Shown: positions 7,563-16,733 of the stretch, in pieces
Numbering within the stretch: position 1 is the stretch's first letter
Layout: every line of letters starts with the position of its first letter
Origin: an uncultured Deinococcales bacterium
Lineage (GTDB): Bacteria; Deinococcota; Deinococci; Deinococcales; JAAFIG01
Reading direction: 5' to 3'
Assembly (NCBI GenBank): GCA_964247135.1
Contig: CAXTTL010000046.1
Span: forward strand, 1-25,065
DNA: 25,065 nucleotides
Program-made: the position numbers and the translations under genes
The notes under the pieces: model-generated
Told to the model about the DNA's origin: nothing
Databases searched by the model: none
What the model saw: the letters and a program-made list of their open reading frames with translations, nothing else

Positions 7563-9022
7563 TATTTTTCAGTCCTTGGAATCGTTAGCGTTTCTTCTCC
7601 AAGTAAGAGCACCATTTCGCTTGCCGTGATTGACTTCACAACCACTTTACTATCTGGAATCGTTTCGCCCAGTCCAACAATCACAGACTTGCCCTTAATC
7701 TCGAGTCTGGCTTGTGGAAACGGTCCACCGACGTAATCCAGGTAACGCAATTGACGCTCGGTGATGAATTCATTCAAGATGCTGCGCGGCGGTTCAACGG
7801 GGGTCACAACAACAGGCGGTGTGACCGGCGGTGTCACGACAACAGGTGTTTGTGGTTTCACAGGTGTGATGGTGGTGTTTAAAGGGTCAACTTGTCCAGA
7901 ATTGGTATTGCTGCCAGATGGTTTGAGTCCACCCGAGGTGCTGCTGGTATCGGGCGTGATGACGCTGCCCTCGTTGGGTAACTCGAGCGGCTTGGTGGGT
8001 TGAACTTGCGGTACAACCACAGGAATTTGTGGGACTTGCGGCGGGTTAACTTTTTGAATGATTTGTGGTGCGATGGGTAGAACCCCACCGCCGCCAGCAA
8101 TTGGCAAACTTGCAGTGGTTGTCGAATTTGGCACTCGGATATCGGGTCGGGTTTCAATCACGACCGGTTCTGGGGGGATTGTTGGTGCTGCTGGTGTTGT
8201 TGGAATATTCGGTTTTTGCGCTGGTTTGGTGGTTTGAGTCGTTGTGCTCGGTTTGGTGGTTTGAGTTGTGCTCGGTTTTTGGCTGGTTGGATTCGCACTC
8301 GGTTTAACATTGTTGTTTGTCGTTGTGCCATTTGAAAGCGTTGTTGGTTTCTGCACATTTGCTTTGGGTGTTGGGAGTGGTGTTGGTTGCTTGATAACGA
8401 TGCTTGGTTTTGACGTGCTGATTTGCGGACTGACACTTGGTGTTGGTCTTAACGCCGGTGGGATTCGCACCGAATTTGTTGGTGGATTTGGAACTGACGC
8501 CACAACATTTGGACTTGGCATTTGAATTGGTTCTGAAGGAATGGTTTGTACTGGGGGCGTCGGAATTGGCGCGAATGGATTCAAACCCGCACTCGAGGCA
8601 TTTGCGCTTCCACTGGGCGTTGCGATCTCGGTGTTTGAGGGTGTTTTACCAGAATTGCCAGAACCTTCAGTTGTCACCAGAAATGGAATGTCTTGAACTT
8701 CCAAAGCTCGAGAAAGATTGCTGTTCGGATCGACCACATTTGGTGTTGTGCCAGGATTTGTTGCGGTTGGTGCAGTGTCTGGCGTGATGGGGGTGGTTGT
8801 TGGTTGGGTGAGTGCTGGTGTATCTACCACCGGTTCGGCAGTTGGATTGCCAAAAACCAAATACCAGGCTGCAATGCCGCCGAGTAAACCCAACGCCAAA
8901 GCACCGTACAACAATGGTCTGGGAAAGCGGTTAAAGGCATCGACGAAAGAATTGCGTTTTGCCACTGTGCTATTATTCGCCCCGGCATCGGTGTTAAAAG
9001 CTTGTTGATCTGGCTGGGTCAT
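7562..9022 (-). CDS. pilW: Competence/pilus protein PilW-like (single TM, long Pro/Thr-rich region)
   Basis: Sits between pilO and pilQ as in Thermus/Deinococcus; N-terminal TM, LEVQDIPFLVT and NPFAP motifs, short beta-rich C-terminal domain. Confidence 0.65.
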   Translation of the reverse strand: MTQPDQQAFNTDAGANNSTVAKRNSFVDAFNRFPRPLLYGALALGLLGGIAAWYLVFGNPTAEPVVDTPALTQPTTTPITPDTAPTATNPGTTPNVVDPNSNLSRALEVQDIPFLVTTEGSGNSGKTPSNTEIATPSGSANASSAGLNPFAPIPTPPVQTIPSEPIQMPSPNVVASVPNPPTNSVRIPPALRPTPSVSPQISTSKPSIVIKQPTPLPTPKANVQKPTTLSNGTTTNNNVKPSANPTSQKPSTTQTTKPSTTTQTTKPAQKPNIPTTPAAPTIPPEPVVIETRPDIRVPNSTTTASLPIAGGGGVLPIAPQIIQKVNPPQVPQIPVVVPQVQPTKPLELPNEGSVITPDTSSTSGGLKPSGSNTNSGQVDPLNTTITPVKPQTPVVVTPPVTPPVVVTPVEPPRSILNEFITERQLRYLDYVGGPFPQARLEIKGKSVIVGLGETIPDSKVVVKSITASEMVLLLGEETLTIPRTEK

Positions 9023-9732
9023 TTTGGAACCTCCCCAGGGTTGGTTGGGGTTGTTGGAGTCGTTGGGGTTGTTGGGGCTGGGGTTTCTGAAGTCGGTAAT
9101 CCAGTGCAGATTGGGTTCACGTTGGTTTGGGTGTTACGGTTCGGATCGTCGTAAACATAAGCGGCAATGTTTAAGCTCGAGGCGAGTTTGGGATTGGTGA
9201 TGGTTTTGGGGTCAATGGTTGTGGAAAATGCCTGAGTGGCTTGTGCGAAGTTAAGATTTTGAACACTTAAAAAGCGTTGTTGCTTCTCGAGTGCAACCAA
9301 AATACCGAACAAACTGCCGTAGGTGCCTTCAAGGTTGAGTGTCAGGTTGACGGCTCGAATGCCGGCAGGGATTGTTGAAGTTCCTGCTGTGGCGAGTTGC
9401 CGAGCAATAGAATTGAGCTGACCCTGATTGCTGGCAATGTTATTTCTGATGCCTGCCAGAAGTACAGAAAATTGTTCGCTGCTCGGTAGTTGGGCTAAGA
9501 AACTGACTTTTTCCTGTTCTAAACCTGCAACCACACCGCACAAGCGAACGACATTTCTTTGCGCATTTTCGCCGACTTGTTTTTTCGCCTCGAGCGCATC
9601 AATTTGGGTGCCCAGGTCAGCGATTGTGGTTTGTGCCGATTGGTAGGCAGTCAAATACCAGATGAGCGCCACCAACACACTTAAACCAATGACGATAAAT
9701 GCAATCACACGACTCGAGAGGTTAGCGAGCAT
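9019..9732 (-). CDS. pilO: Type IV pilus assembly protein PilO
   Basis: Start moved to ATG 9732 (RBS CAGGAGG); TM plus coiled coil, FLAQLPSSEQFSVLL, LNLEGTYGSLFGILVALEKQQRFL. Confidence 0.85.
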   Translation of the reverse strand: MLANLSSRVIAFIVIGLSVLVALIWYLTAYQSAQTTIADLGTQIDALEAKKQVGENAQRNVVRLCGVVAGLEQEKVSFLAQLPSSEQFSVLLAGIRNNIASNQGQLNSIARQLATAGTSTIPAGIRAVNLTLNLEGTYGSLFGILVALEKQQRFLSVQNLNFAQATQAFSTTIDPKTITNPKLASSLNIAAYVYDDPNRNTQTNVNPICTGLPTSETPAPTTPTTPTTPTNPGEVPK

Positions 9733-10468
9733 TTGAGCCTCCTGCGGGGGCGGTGGGCGTCGGGTTTTGAAAACTTGCTGGTGGAGGAGAAGTTGTTGGA
9801 GTTGTGGTTGGTATTGCCGCAAGAGGGGTATCGCTCACCACTCCAACAGTTGCATTGAATGAGTAACGGGTGCTCTTGGCAGTTCCTTGCGTTGTAATTA
9901 CATCTGTACGGGTTGATCCAGTAAATTCGATCCCAAATTTGGGGTCGCTTTCAAAAACAGTGATGTATTTTTGGATGTCGGCATACGATTCAGCTTCACC
10001 CGTTAAGGCAAATTCGGTGGTAATGGGTTTCTTGTCGTAAGCGCCCGATGCAGCTTTGGTTTGTGATTCGGCTGGCGTAAGTTGTTTGACATTGAGACTC
10101 TTTAAACTGACCGCTGGAACATTTGGGTGGGTAATGCTGGCTGGAATTTTTTTGACAAAAGTGCTCAGTTGCTCTGACCATTTCACCCGTGCCTGCTCGA
10201 GTTGGGCTTTGATGGCGGTGGTAACCTCGAGTTCTTTTTGTTGGGCAATGAGCGCGGTATTGCCGTCAACAAACCGTTGCAATGCCCTGACTTCGGTATC
10301 GAGTTGATCGCGTTGGGCGGTCAATCCAGAAATCTGGTTGTTCAAGCCAAGTTGCAAACCCAGGATTACGCCGAGGACGACCACAGGAATGGCGATGGCA
10401 ATCAGTCGCCACCAGCCTGGTTCGACGCGTTTGCGTAAAGTCTTGGGTAAAAGGTTGATGCTAATCAA
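9722..10468 (-). CDS. pilN: Type IV pilus assembly protein PilN
   Basis: N-terminal INLLP motif (PilM-binding), TM helix and coiled coil; overlaps the pilM stop. Confidence 0.88.
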   Translation of the reverse strand: MISINLLPKTLRKRVEPGWWRLIAIAIPVVVLGVILGLQLGLNNQISGLTAQRDQLDTEVRALQRFVDGNTALIAQQKELEVTTAIKAQLEQARVKWSEQLSTFVKKIPASITHPNVPAVSLKSLNVKQLTPAESQTKAASGAYDKKPITTEFALTGEAESYADIQKYITVFESDPKFGIEFTGSTRTDVITTQGTAKSTRYSFNATVGVVSDTPLAAIPTTTPTTSPPPASFQNPTPTAPAGGSNAR

Positions 10469-11639
10469 TTTCGGTCACCCCCCGTAGCGCCAAGCCGAGC
10501 GGCACTGCCAACTCGGCGGCGGTCGAACGTAAATAGGCGGCGTCAAATTGATTTTCGTCAAAGTTCACCGACAACCAAGGATCACCCACCTCAACCCGAA
10601 AACCGAGCGTGTCGCCGATGGCGTCCGCCAGTCCCCTCAGTTTGGCACCGCCACCTGACAGGTACATGCGATCAACATTAATATCGCCTGATTGGACGCG
10701 GTAAAACTCGAGTGAGCGCCGAATTTCGGTGGTCAGGTCAAGGAGTGGTGTGCGAATGGCGTCAAAGATTTTGGCTGGCGAGTATTTTTCTTTGTTGACG
10801 TCAAAATCGAGCAAATCTTCTTCGTCTTCGGTCGGGATGGTGGCGGTGGCGTAATTGATTTTGACCTCTTCGGACTGTGCAAAGTCCAGACCAAAAGCCT
10901 TTTGAATCGCCACCGTAAAATCGTCGCCCGAAACGTTGATCGGTCGGTTCATCAACACGCGCTGCCCTCGAACCAAAGCGATGGTCGAGTTGCTGGCGCC
11001 AATCTCGAGCACCACACCAACCTCGCCGCCCTCGGTGAAGGTCTGACCGGTCAGGGTGGTTTTGTTTAAATGCTCGCCGAGCAGACTACCTTTGAGCGCA
11101 CGAAGCGCCGCAAAGGGCTTGACGTCTATCACCACAGGCTCGAGTTGCGAGAGTTTGATGACTTCGATCAAGCGTGCGATGACTTCTTGTTGCGCCACGG
11201 CGATCATGACTTCCATTTGACCGTCGGCTGGAATGTCGTCTGGGTTGTCGAGCGTGTCGTAATCCAGGACGACCTCATCGATTGGGAACGGAATATAGCG
11301 TTCGGCTTCCCATTTGATGGCTTCGTCGAGGTCTTTGGCTGACATTTTCGGGACCTGGATGATACGGGTGATGGCAGATTGATTGGCGACGCAGGTCACG
11401 ACATATTTGTTGCGAATCTTCGCTTCCGCCAGCGCAGCCCGTATTTCGGCAGCAACCGCCGCAGGGTCGGTGATCTGCCCATCCGTGACCGAACCTGGTG
11501 GAGTCGGACGAATTGCCAGAGCACGTAACGTTGGCGGCGTACCCGGTTTTAATTCCACAATTTTGATGGTGCTTGTACCGACCTCGAGACCAATCGCCTC
11601 GATGCGCGGATTCACAAGCCGCTTCAGCCAATCTGACAT
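10461..11639 (-). CDS. pilM: Type IV pilus assembly protein PilM
   Basis: IGLEVGTSTIKIVEL, WEAERYIPFPIDEVVLDY, EIRRSLEFY and LSGGGAKLRGL actin/FtsA-like PilM motifs; RBS AAGGGGG. Confidence 0.95.
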   Translation of the reverse strand: MSDWLKRLVNPRIEAIGLEVGTSTIKIVELKPGTPPTLRALAIRPTPPGSVTDGQITDPAAVAAEIRAALAEAKIRNKYVVTCVANQSAITRIIQVPKMSAKDLDEAIKWEAERYIPFPIDEVVLDYDTLDNPDDIPADGQMEVMIAVAQQEVIARLIEVIKLSQLEPVVIDVKPFAALRALKGSLLGEHLNKTTLTGQTFTEGGEVGVVLEIGASNSTIALVRGQRVLMNRPINVSGDDFTVAIQKAFGLDFAQSEEVKINYATATIPTEDEEDLLDFDVNKEKYSPAKIFDAIRTPLLDLTTEIRRSLEFYRVQSGDINVDRMYLSGGGAKLRGLADAIGDTLGFRVEVGDPWLSVNFDENQFDAAYLRSTAAELAVPLGLALRGVTEID

Positions 11640-11923
11640 AGACCCCCTTGAAACCTATAGAAAATCGTACCACAAGCAACAGACGCAAGTCAGTATAAAC
11701 CGACATCGGTTTTATCTTGGTCAAAATCCGCTTTTGATACCCAAAGGTTGGTTCAAACTGTGACTTGCGGGTTATTGCAAAACCAATTGCCTTATGACCT
11801 GACTGCAAATGAGAAGCAATACGGTCCAAACAGGCTGCAAATGAATTCTGACTCGAGCGTCAATCTCAGATTTGAATCAGAAATTTTTTGATTCAAAAAC
11901 AAGTGCAGTTTTAGAACTCCAGT

Positions 11924-12652
11924 TTAACCTGAAGTTGTTGTTTTCGCTTTGTCCCAAACGATTCTGCCACCATTGCTGCTTAAAAGGGCACAGTTTCCTG
12001 GGTTGTGTTCGTTGCAAATTCCGGTCGGAATGCACTTGATGGTCATGAACTTCCCAGACCAAGGCAGGGCGTTGACCACCTCTTTGCGCATGATTTTGGC
12101 GACCTCGCGGATTTCCCATTGGGCGCGGGTGCATAAGCGCTGCCCCAGAAAATTCTTGAGCGCCTCAAAACTCCAGGTCGAAACCAGATTGGTTCGCGCC
12201 GCGTTCGGTAAGACCATCCGCGCATCCTCGCCGGCGATGCCCAACTCGAGCAACTTTTGGTACGCACCGCCAGACTCGAGCATGGATTGCTGATACACCT
12301 CGAGCGCGGCGGGGTTCGCGGCGATGCTGGGTGGCAGCACATGCCAGTCGGATGCGGTGTCAATTTGCTTGTAGCGTTGCGACTGCTGTTCCCAAGACAC
12401 ACCCTGCACATGGCGCACCAACTGATGCGAGCAAGCTCGAGAGACGCCCGCAATCGAGAAGGTAAAACTCACGCCCCTCGAGACGCTCCAATGCCCAGAG
12501 TCGAGCGTGTCTGCCACGAGCTGAATTTTGCGCTCGAGAGAAGCGTTGTTGCGGTAAATCTCTTCAAAGTCGCCCTTGGTGGTGGTCATGCGGGCTTGGG
12601 CGTAAATTTGGGTTAACGGGTCGGGCGTAAAAGCAACGAGTTTGACTCGCAT
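11924..12652 (-). CDS. thyX: Flavin-dependent thymidylate synthase
   Basis: Start moved to ATG 12652 (RBS GGAGG); GHWS, GVSRACSHQLVRH...QQSQRY, EDARMVLP, RLCTRAQWEIR. Confidence 0.9.
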   Translation of the reverse strand: MRVKLVAFTPDPLTQIYAQARMTTTKGDFEEIYRNNASLERKIQLVADTLDSGHWSVSRGVSFTFSIAGVSRACSHQLVRHVQGVSWEQQSQRYKQIDTASDWHVLPPSIAANPAALEVYQQSMLESGGAYQKLLELGIAGEDARMVLPNAARTNLVSTWSFEALKNFLGQRLCTRAQWEIREVAKIMRKEVVNALPWSGKFMTIKCIPTGICNEHNPGNCALLSSNGGRIVWDKAKTTTSG

Positions 12653-12890
12653 GGTGTCCTCCAAGAAAAATGCTTCACAGAGTTTAACCCGAAATTCCAA
12701 GGCTCGAGAAACAAAACGTTGGAGACAGTGTTTTTGTCTCCAACGGGATTGAAAATTGGAAGCCTCGAGTGCGGGACTTGTACTTTGTATGCAAAATGTA
12801 TCATGCATTGGAGACAAAAAATAGATGACTGCCTACGAAATTTGTTTGGGACTGGCGATACGATATATTCCAATCTCGAAAGGAGTTTTG

Positions 12891-14804
12891 ATGACGAACA
12901 CTTTGATCCCGCGTCATGTTTTGTTTGGCAATCCTGAGCGCACAATGGTTAGCCTAAGCCATGATGCGAAGCATTTGTTGTTTCTCGCGCCTGTAGACGG
13001 CGTGCAGAACGTTTGGATCGCCCCGATTGAAAACCCCAGCGCGGCTCGAGCCATCACCAAAGCAACGGGGCGCGGGATTCCGTTTGCCATGTGGCTGTAC
13101 ACGAACGAGCACATCATTTACGTGCAAGACCGCGCCGGCGACGAAAACTGGCGGTTGTACAGCGTTAACATTGTCACGCTCGAGGAACGCGATTTGACGC
13201 CACTCGAGGGGGTTCGGGCGCAACCGATGGGTTTCAGTGAGCGTTTTCCCGATGAAATGCTGGTTGGTCTCAATGACCGTGTGCCGCAATTGCATGACTT
13301 GTACATCATCAACGTTCGCAGTGGCGAACGGCGTTTGCTGCTCGAGAATGAAATGGGTTTTGTGGCTTTTGTCTGCGATCACGATTACCAGCCCCGTTTT
13401 GGGCTTCAGATGAACCCAAATGGCAGTACGGATGTGTTTCAACGCATTGAGAACACCTGGGAAGCTTTCTCGAGCATTCCGAGTGAGGACAGCCTGACCA
13501 CCCAATGGCTCGGCTTTGATGAAACGGGTCAAGTGCTTTACATCACAGATTCTCGAGGTCGCAACACCAGCGCTTTGTTCAGTCACAACCTCACAGCCAA
13601 TACACGAACCTTGCTCGCCGAGGATGCTCGAGCCGATTTTAGCGATTGGTTGCAGCATCCGACCACGCACACGGTTCAGGCGGTTTCGTTCAATTACGAC
13701 CGTGAACACCGACAATTTTTGGATGATCGAATCAAAGCCGATTTTGAATATTTGCAGGGTATTGCCAAAGGCGAAATCGGTGTGAACAGCCGCAGCTTGG
13801 ATGACCAACATTGGTTGGTGACCGACTCGAGCGACCAGGCGCCCGTCCGGTACTATCATTATGACCGTGCGGCAAAACGGGCGACGTTCTTGTTTACGGA
13901 TCGCCCTGAACTCGAGCAGTATTTGTTAGCGCCAATGCAACCCAAATTGATTCAAACCCGCGATGGTCTTGAGATGGTTTGTTACCTGACCACAACGCCT
14001 CACTCGAGTTCACCTGTTCCAATGGTTTTGTTGGTTCACGGTGGACCCTGGGCGCGTGACGCGTGGGGATATGATGCCCAGGCGCAATGGCTGGCGAACC
14101 GTGGTTACGCCGTGTTGCAAGTCAACTTCAGGGCTTCAACTGGTTTTGGCAAGGCGTTTACCAATGCGGGCAACCTCGAGTGGGGTAAAAAAATGCACGA
14201 TGACCTGCTGGATGCCGTCGATTGGGCGGTCAAAGAAGGGATCACCTCGAGCGACACGGTGGCGATCATGGGCGGCAGTTACGGCGGTTATGCGACGCTG
14301 GCAGCCTTGACCTTGACGCCAGAGCGTTTTGTGTGCGGAGTGGACATTGTCGGACCTTCAAACTTGCAAACCTTGATCGAGTCGGTGCCGCCGTATTGGG
14401 AACCGATGATTGCCATGTTTAGAAACCGAATTGGCGATGACACGACCACTGAAGGGCAAGCGCTTTTAAAGGAACGTTCGCCGCTGACGCACGTCTCGAG
14501 CATCACAAAACCGTTGTTGATTGGGCAGGGCGCGAACGACCCTCGGGTAAAACAAGCCGAGTCGGATCAGATTGTCAATGCCATGACTGCCAAGAACATT
14601 CCGGTGACGTATGCCTTATTTCCCGATGAAGGTCACGGTTTTGCCCGCCCCGAGAACCGACAAGCGTTTTATGCGATAGCCGAGGCATTTTTGGCTAAAC
14701 ATCTCGGTGGCAGTTGCCAAGCCATTGGAAACGATTTTGAAGGCTCGAGCATTCAGATTCTTCAGGGGGCTGCCCAAATTCCAGGTGCAACCGAAATGCT
14801 CTGA
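12891..14804 (+). CDS. S9 family (prolyl oligopeptidase / acylaminoacyl peptidase) serine peptidase
   Basis: Start moved to ATG 12891 (RBS AAGGAG); beta-propeller N-terminus, VHGGPW, GGSYGG (Ser), GANDPRV (Asp), DEGHGF (His). Confidence 0.93.
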   Translation: MTNTLIPRHVLFGNPERTMVSLSHDAKHLLFLAPVDGVQNVWIAPIENPSAARAITKATGRGIPFAMWLYTNEHIIYVQDRAGDENWRLYSVNIVTLEERDLTPLEGVRAQPMGFSERFPDEMLVGLNDRVPQLHDLYIINVRSGERRLLLENEMGFVAFVCDHDYQPRFGLQMNPNGSTDVFQRIENTWEAFSSIPSEDSLTTQWLGFDETGQVLYITDSRGRNTSALFSHNLTANTRTLLAEDARADFSDWLQHPTTHTVQAVSFNYDREHRQFLDDRIKADFEYLQGIAKGEIGVNSRSLDDQHWLVTDSSDQAPVRYYHYDRAAKRATFLFTDRPELEQYLLAPMQPKLIQTRDGLEMVCYLTTTPHSSSPVPMVLLVHGGPWARDAWGYDAQAQWLANRGYAVLQVNFRASTGFGKAFTNAGNLEWGKKMHDDLLDAVDWAVKEGITSSDTVAIMGGSYGGYATLAALTLTPERFVCGVDIVGPSNLQTLIESVPPYWEPMIAMFRNRIGDDTTTEGQALLKERSPLTHVSSITKPLLIGQGANDPRVKQAESDQIVNAMTAKNIPVTYALFPDEGHGFARPENRQAFYAIAEAFLAKHLGGSCQAIGNDFEGSSIQILQGAAQIPGATEML

Positions 14805-14828
14805 CAGGTTTAAATCTCGAGCAAAAAA

Positions 14829-14853
14829 GGGGAGACGAATTTCTCGTCTTCCC
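14829..14853. terminator. Hairpin between the convergent S9 peptidase and hicd genes
   Basis: GGGGAGACGA-ATTTC-TCGTCTTCCC with an A-run on the left side. Confidence 0.55.
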
Positions 14854-14877
14854 GAAATAATTTTTCACGCTCGGCTT

Positions 14878-15903
14878 TTAGGCGCTCTTGTACGCCTCGA
14901 GAATCACCGTTGCAAACTCTTCGGTGCTCGCCTTCCCACCCAAATCTGGGGTGCGTGGTCCATGCTCGAGGGCAATGTCCACGGCTCGCTCGAGTTTGGC
15001 GGCGGCGGAAAACTCGCCGATATGGTTGAGCATTAACGCGGCTGCCAGGACGGTGGCGGTCGGGTTGGCGATGCCGCGCCCTGCAATGTCTGGGGCGCTG
15101 CCGTGAACGCTTTCAAAGACCGCGTATTGCTCGCCGATGTTGCCGCTGGCGGCGATGCCAAGACCGCCGACCAAACCGGCGGTCAAGTCGGAAATAATAT
15201 CGCCGAACAAGTTGGTGGTGACAATGACATCGAACCGTTCTGGACGGGTGACAAGCTGCATGGCGCAATTGTCAATAATAATATCTTGAACCGTCAAACC
15301 TGCGACTTTATCGGCAGCCTCTCGAGCCGTGTTCAAAAACAAACCTTGGGTGACGGGCAAAACGTTGGCTTTGTGCGCAATGTGCAAGGTTTTGCGATCC
15401 CTGGTTGCCGCCAGTTTGGCGGCGTATTCACCGATTCTTTGGCTGGCTTTGCGGGTAATCACGGTGTCGGCAATCGCAATCTCGCCGTTCATGTAACTGC
15501 GTTCTTGCTCGACGTACAAGCCTTCGGTATTCTCGCGCACCACGATCAAATCCACGCCAGCCCTCGAGCCTGGGACGGGGTGGTGTTTGGCTGGGCGCAC
15601 GTTGGCGTACAAGTCCAGGGCGCGGCGCATGTAACGGATGGCGCCGCGAAAACCAGGCACTTTTTTGCTGGGACTGGTGGCGGCGCCAAACAGCGTGGCT
15701 TGGCTGGCGCGTACCGTCTCGAGGGTGGCTTCTGGAATGCTGTCGCCCGTGCGTTCAAACAGTTCCCAGCCGGCTTCGGCGTGCAGCCATTCAAACTCGA
15801 GTTCGCCTGAAACTTGCATTCCCTCCAAGACCCGTTTGGCGGCGCGGATGACTTCGTGACCGATGCCGTCGCCTTCGATCAATGTGATGGTGTGCTTTGC
15901 CAT
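14878..15903 (-). CDS. hicd: Homoisocitrate dehydrogenase (alpha-aminoadipate lysine pathway)
   Basis: Start moved to ATG 15903; [45 protein letters not shown] and HGSAPDIAG closely follow the Thermus HICDH sequence as I recall it. Confidence 0.88.
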   Translation of the reverse strand: MAKHTITLIEGDGIGHEVIRAAKRVLEGMQVSGELEFEWLHAEAGWELFERTGDSIPEATLETVRASQATLFGAATSPSKKVPGFRGAIRYMRRALDLYANVRPAKHHPVPGSRAGVDLIVVRENTEGLYVEQERSYMNGEIAIADTVITRKASQRIGEYAAKLAATRDRKTLHIAHKANVLPVTQGLFLNTAREAADKVAGLTVQDIIIDNCAMQLVTRPERFDVIVTTNLFGDIISDLTAGLVGGLGIAASGNIGEQYAVFESVHGSAPDIAGRGIANPTATVLAAALMLNHIGEFSAAAKLERAVDIALEHGPRTPDLGGKASTEEFATVILEAYKSA

Positions 15904-16077
15904 TTTTGCCTCCGACCCGAGGATTTCTCGGGTTTGTCTGAATTGTTGCCAGTCTTGAAGTGCTTCCAAACCCTTACATCGTAGGCTTGGCGTCAAGCCT
16001 GTTCAAGCCTGTCCCTACTGGGGTGACGAATCCATTTGAAAACCAGCCTGTTCAGGTTCGTCTGATAGACTCGAGGC

Positions 16078-16506
16078 GTGCCTGTCTTAGAGAACTCCGT
16101 CGCCGAATTTATTGAACGCTGGAAACACCATGCCACCCGTGTGACCCTTTACCCTCAACTCGAGGGTTCGCCGCTCTTGGAGATAGGTGCCGCCGGTCGG
16201 GTTTTGTACGTGATGGACAGGGTTGGACCGTATGCCGCCAAACCAGGCGAGGTCAGCATGATCGTCAACCCAATGACCGAAACCGTGTTTGGCGTTGACT
16301 TGGACACCGAATCCCTAACCATCACTGGTATTTCTGGGATTGAAGCCGTCGGGCGGGTGCTCGAGGTGTCCAGGGATTTTGTGGTTCTTCAAGCCAGGTT
16401 GCCGCTGGTGGTCGGCGTGCTCGATCAATCCTGGAAGGAAATAAAAGTGGGTCAGATGGTCAGTTTTGTCTCGCTCGAGCCGATTCATGGGTTTTTGACG
16501 CATTGA
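16078..16506 (+). CDS. Hypothetical protein (probably leaderless)
   Basis: 142-aa ORF with normal composition; GTG start 6 nt after a TAGACT -10 box. Confidence 0.7.
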   Translation: MPVLENSVAEFIERWKHHATRVTLYPQLEGSPLLEIGAAGRVLYVMDRVGPYAAKPGEVSMIVNPMTETVFGVDLDTESLTITGISGIEAVGRVLEVSRDFVVLQARLPLVVGVLDQSWKEIKVGQMVSFVSLEPIHGFLTH

Positions 16507-16733
16507 GGACGATTGGCAAATGGCTTGCCTTTGGGGCAAAATTCAATCTCAGGGTTTTCTTTCGTTGGGTGCTTGATTCAAATTTGGTTTGCTCGAGCTT
16601 GATTTTATCAATTCAGACACAGTTTTGGTCTTTTGGAGGAAAGACTGAGACGTTTTGGCTCCTGGCGATCTGCCTGTCGCCATTTACTTCCTCCCCAACA
16701 TTTCTCGTCTCAGTTGTGTAAAACTAATACGCA

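Noticed and set aside
12653-12890. Long N-terminal extensions of thyX and the S9 peptidase given by the ORF track (similarly pilO, hicd, DUF4097, rpsO)
   Set aside because: Downstream starts have SD sequences and match family N-termini.
12954-13859. 301-aa antisense ORF (also 15103-15810 and 21053-21847)
   Set aside because: Shadow ORFs opposite well-supported genes, with no recognisable motifs.
15983-16053. AGGCTTG/CAAGCCT hairpin and three AGCCTGT copies in the hicd divergent promoter region
   Set aside because: Short, irregularly spaced and compatible with chance; no further support.
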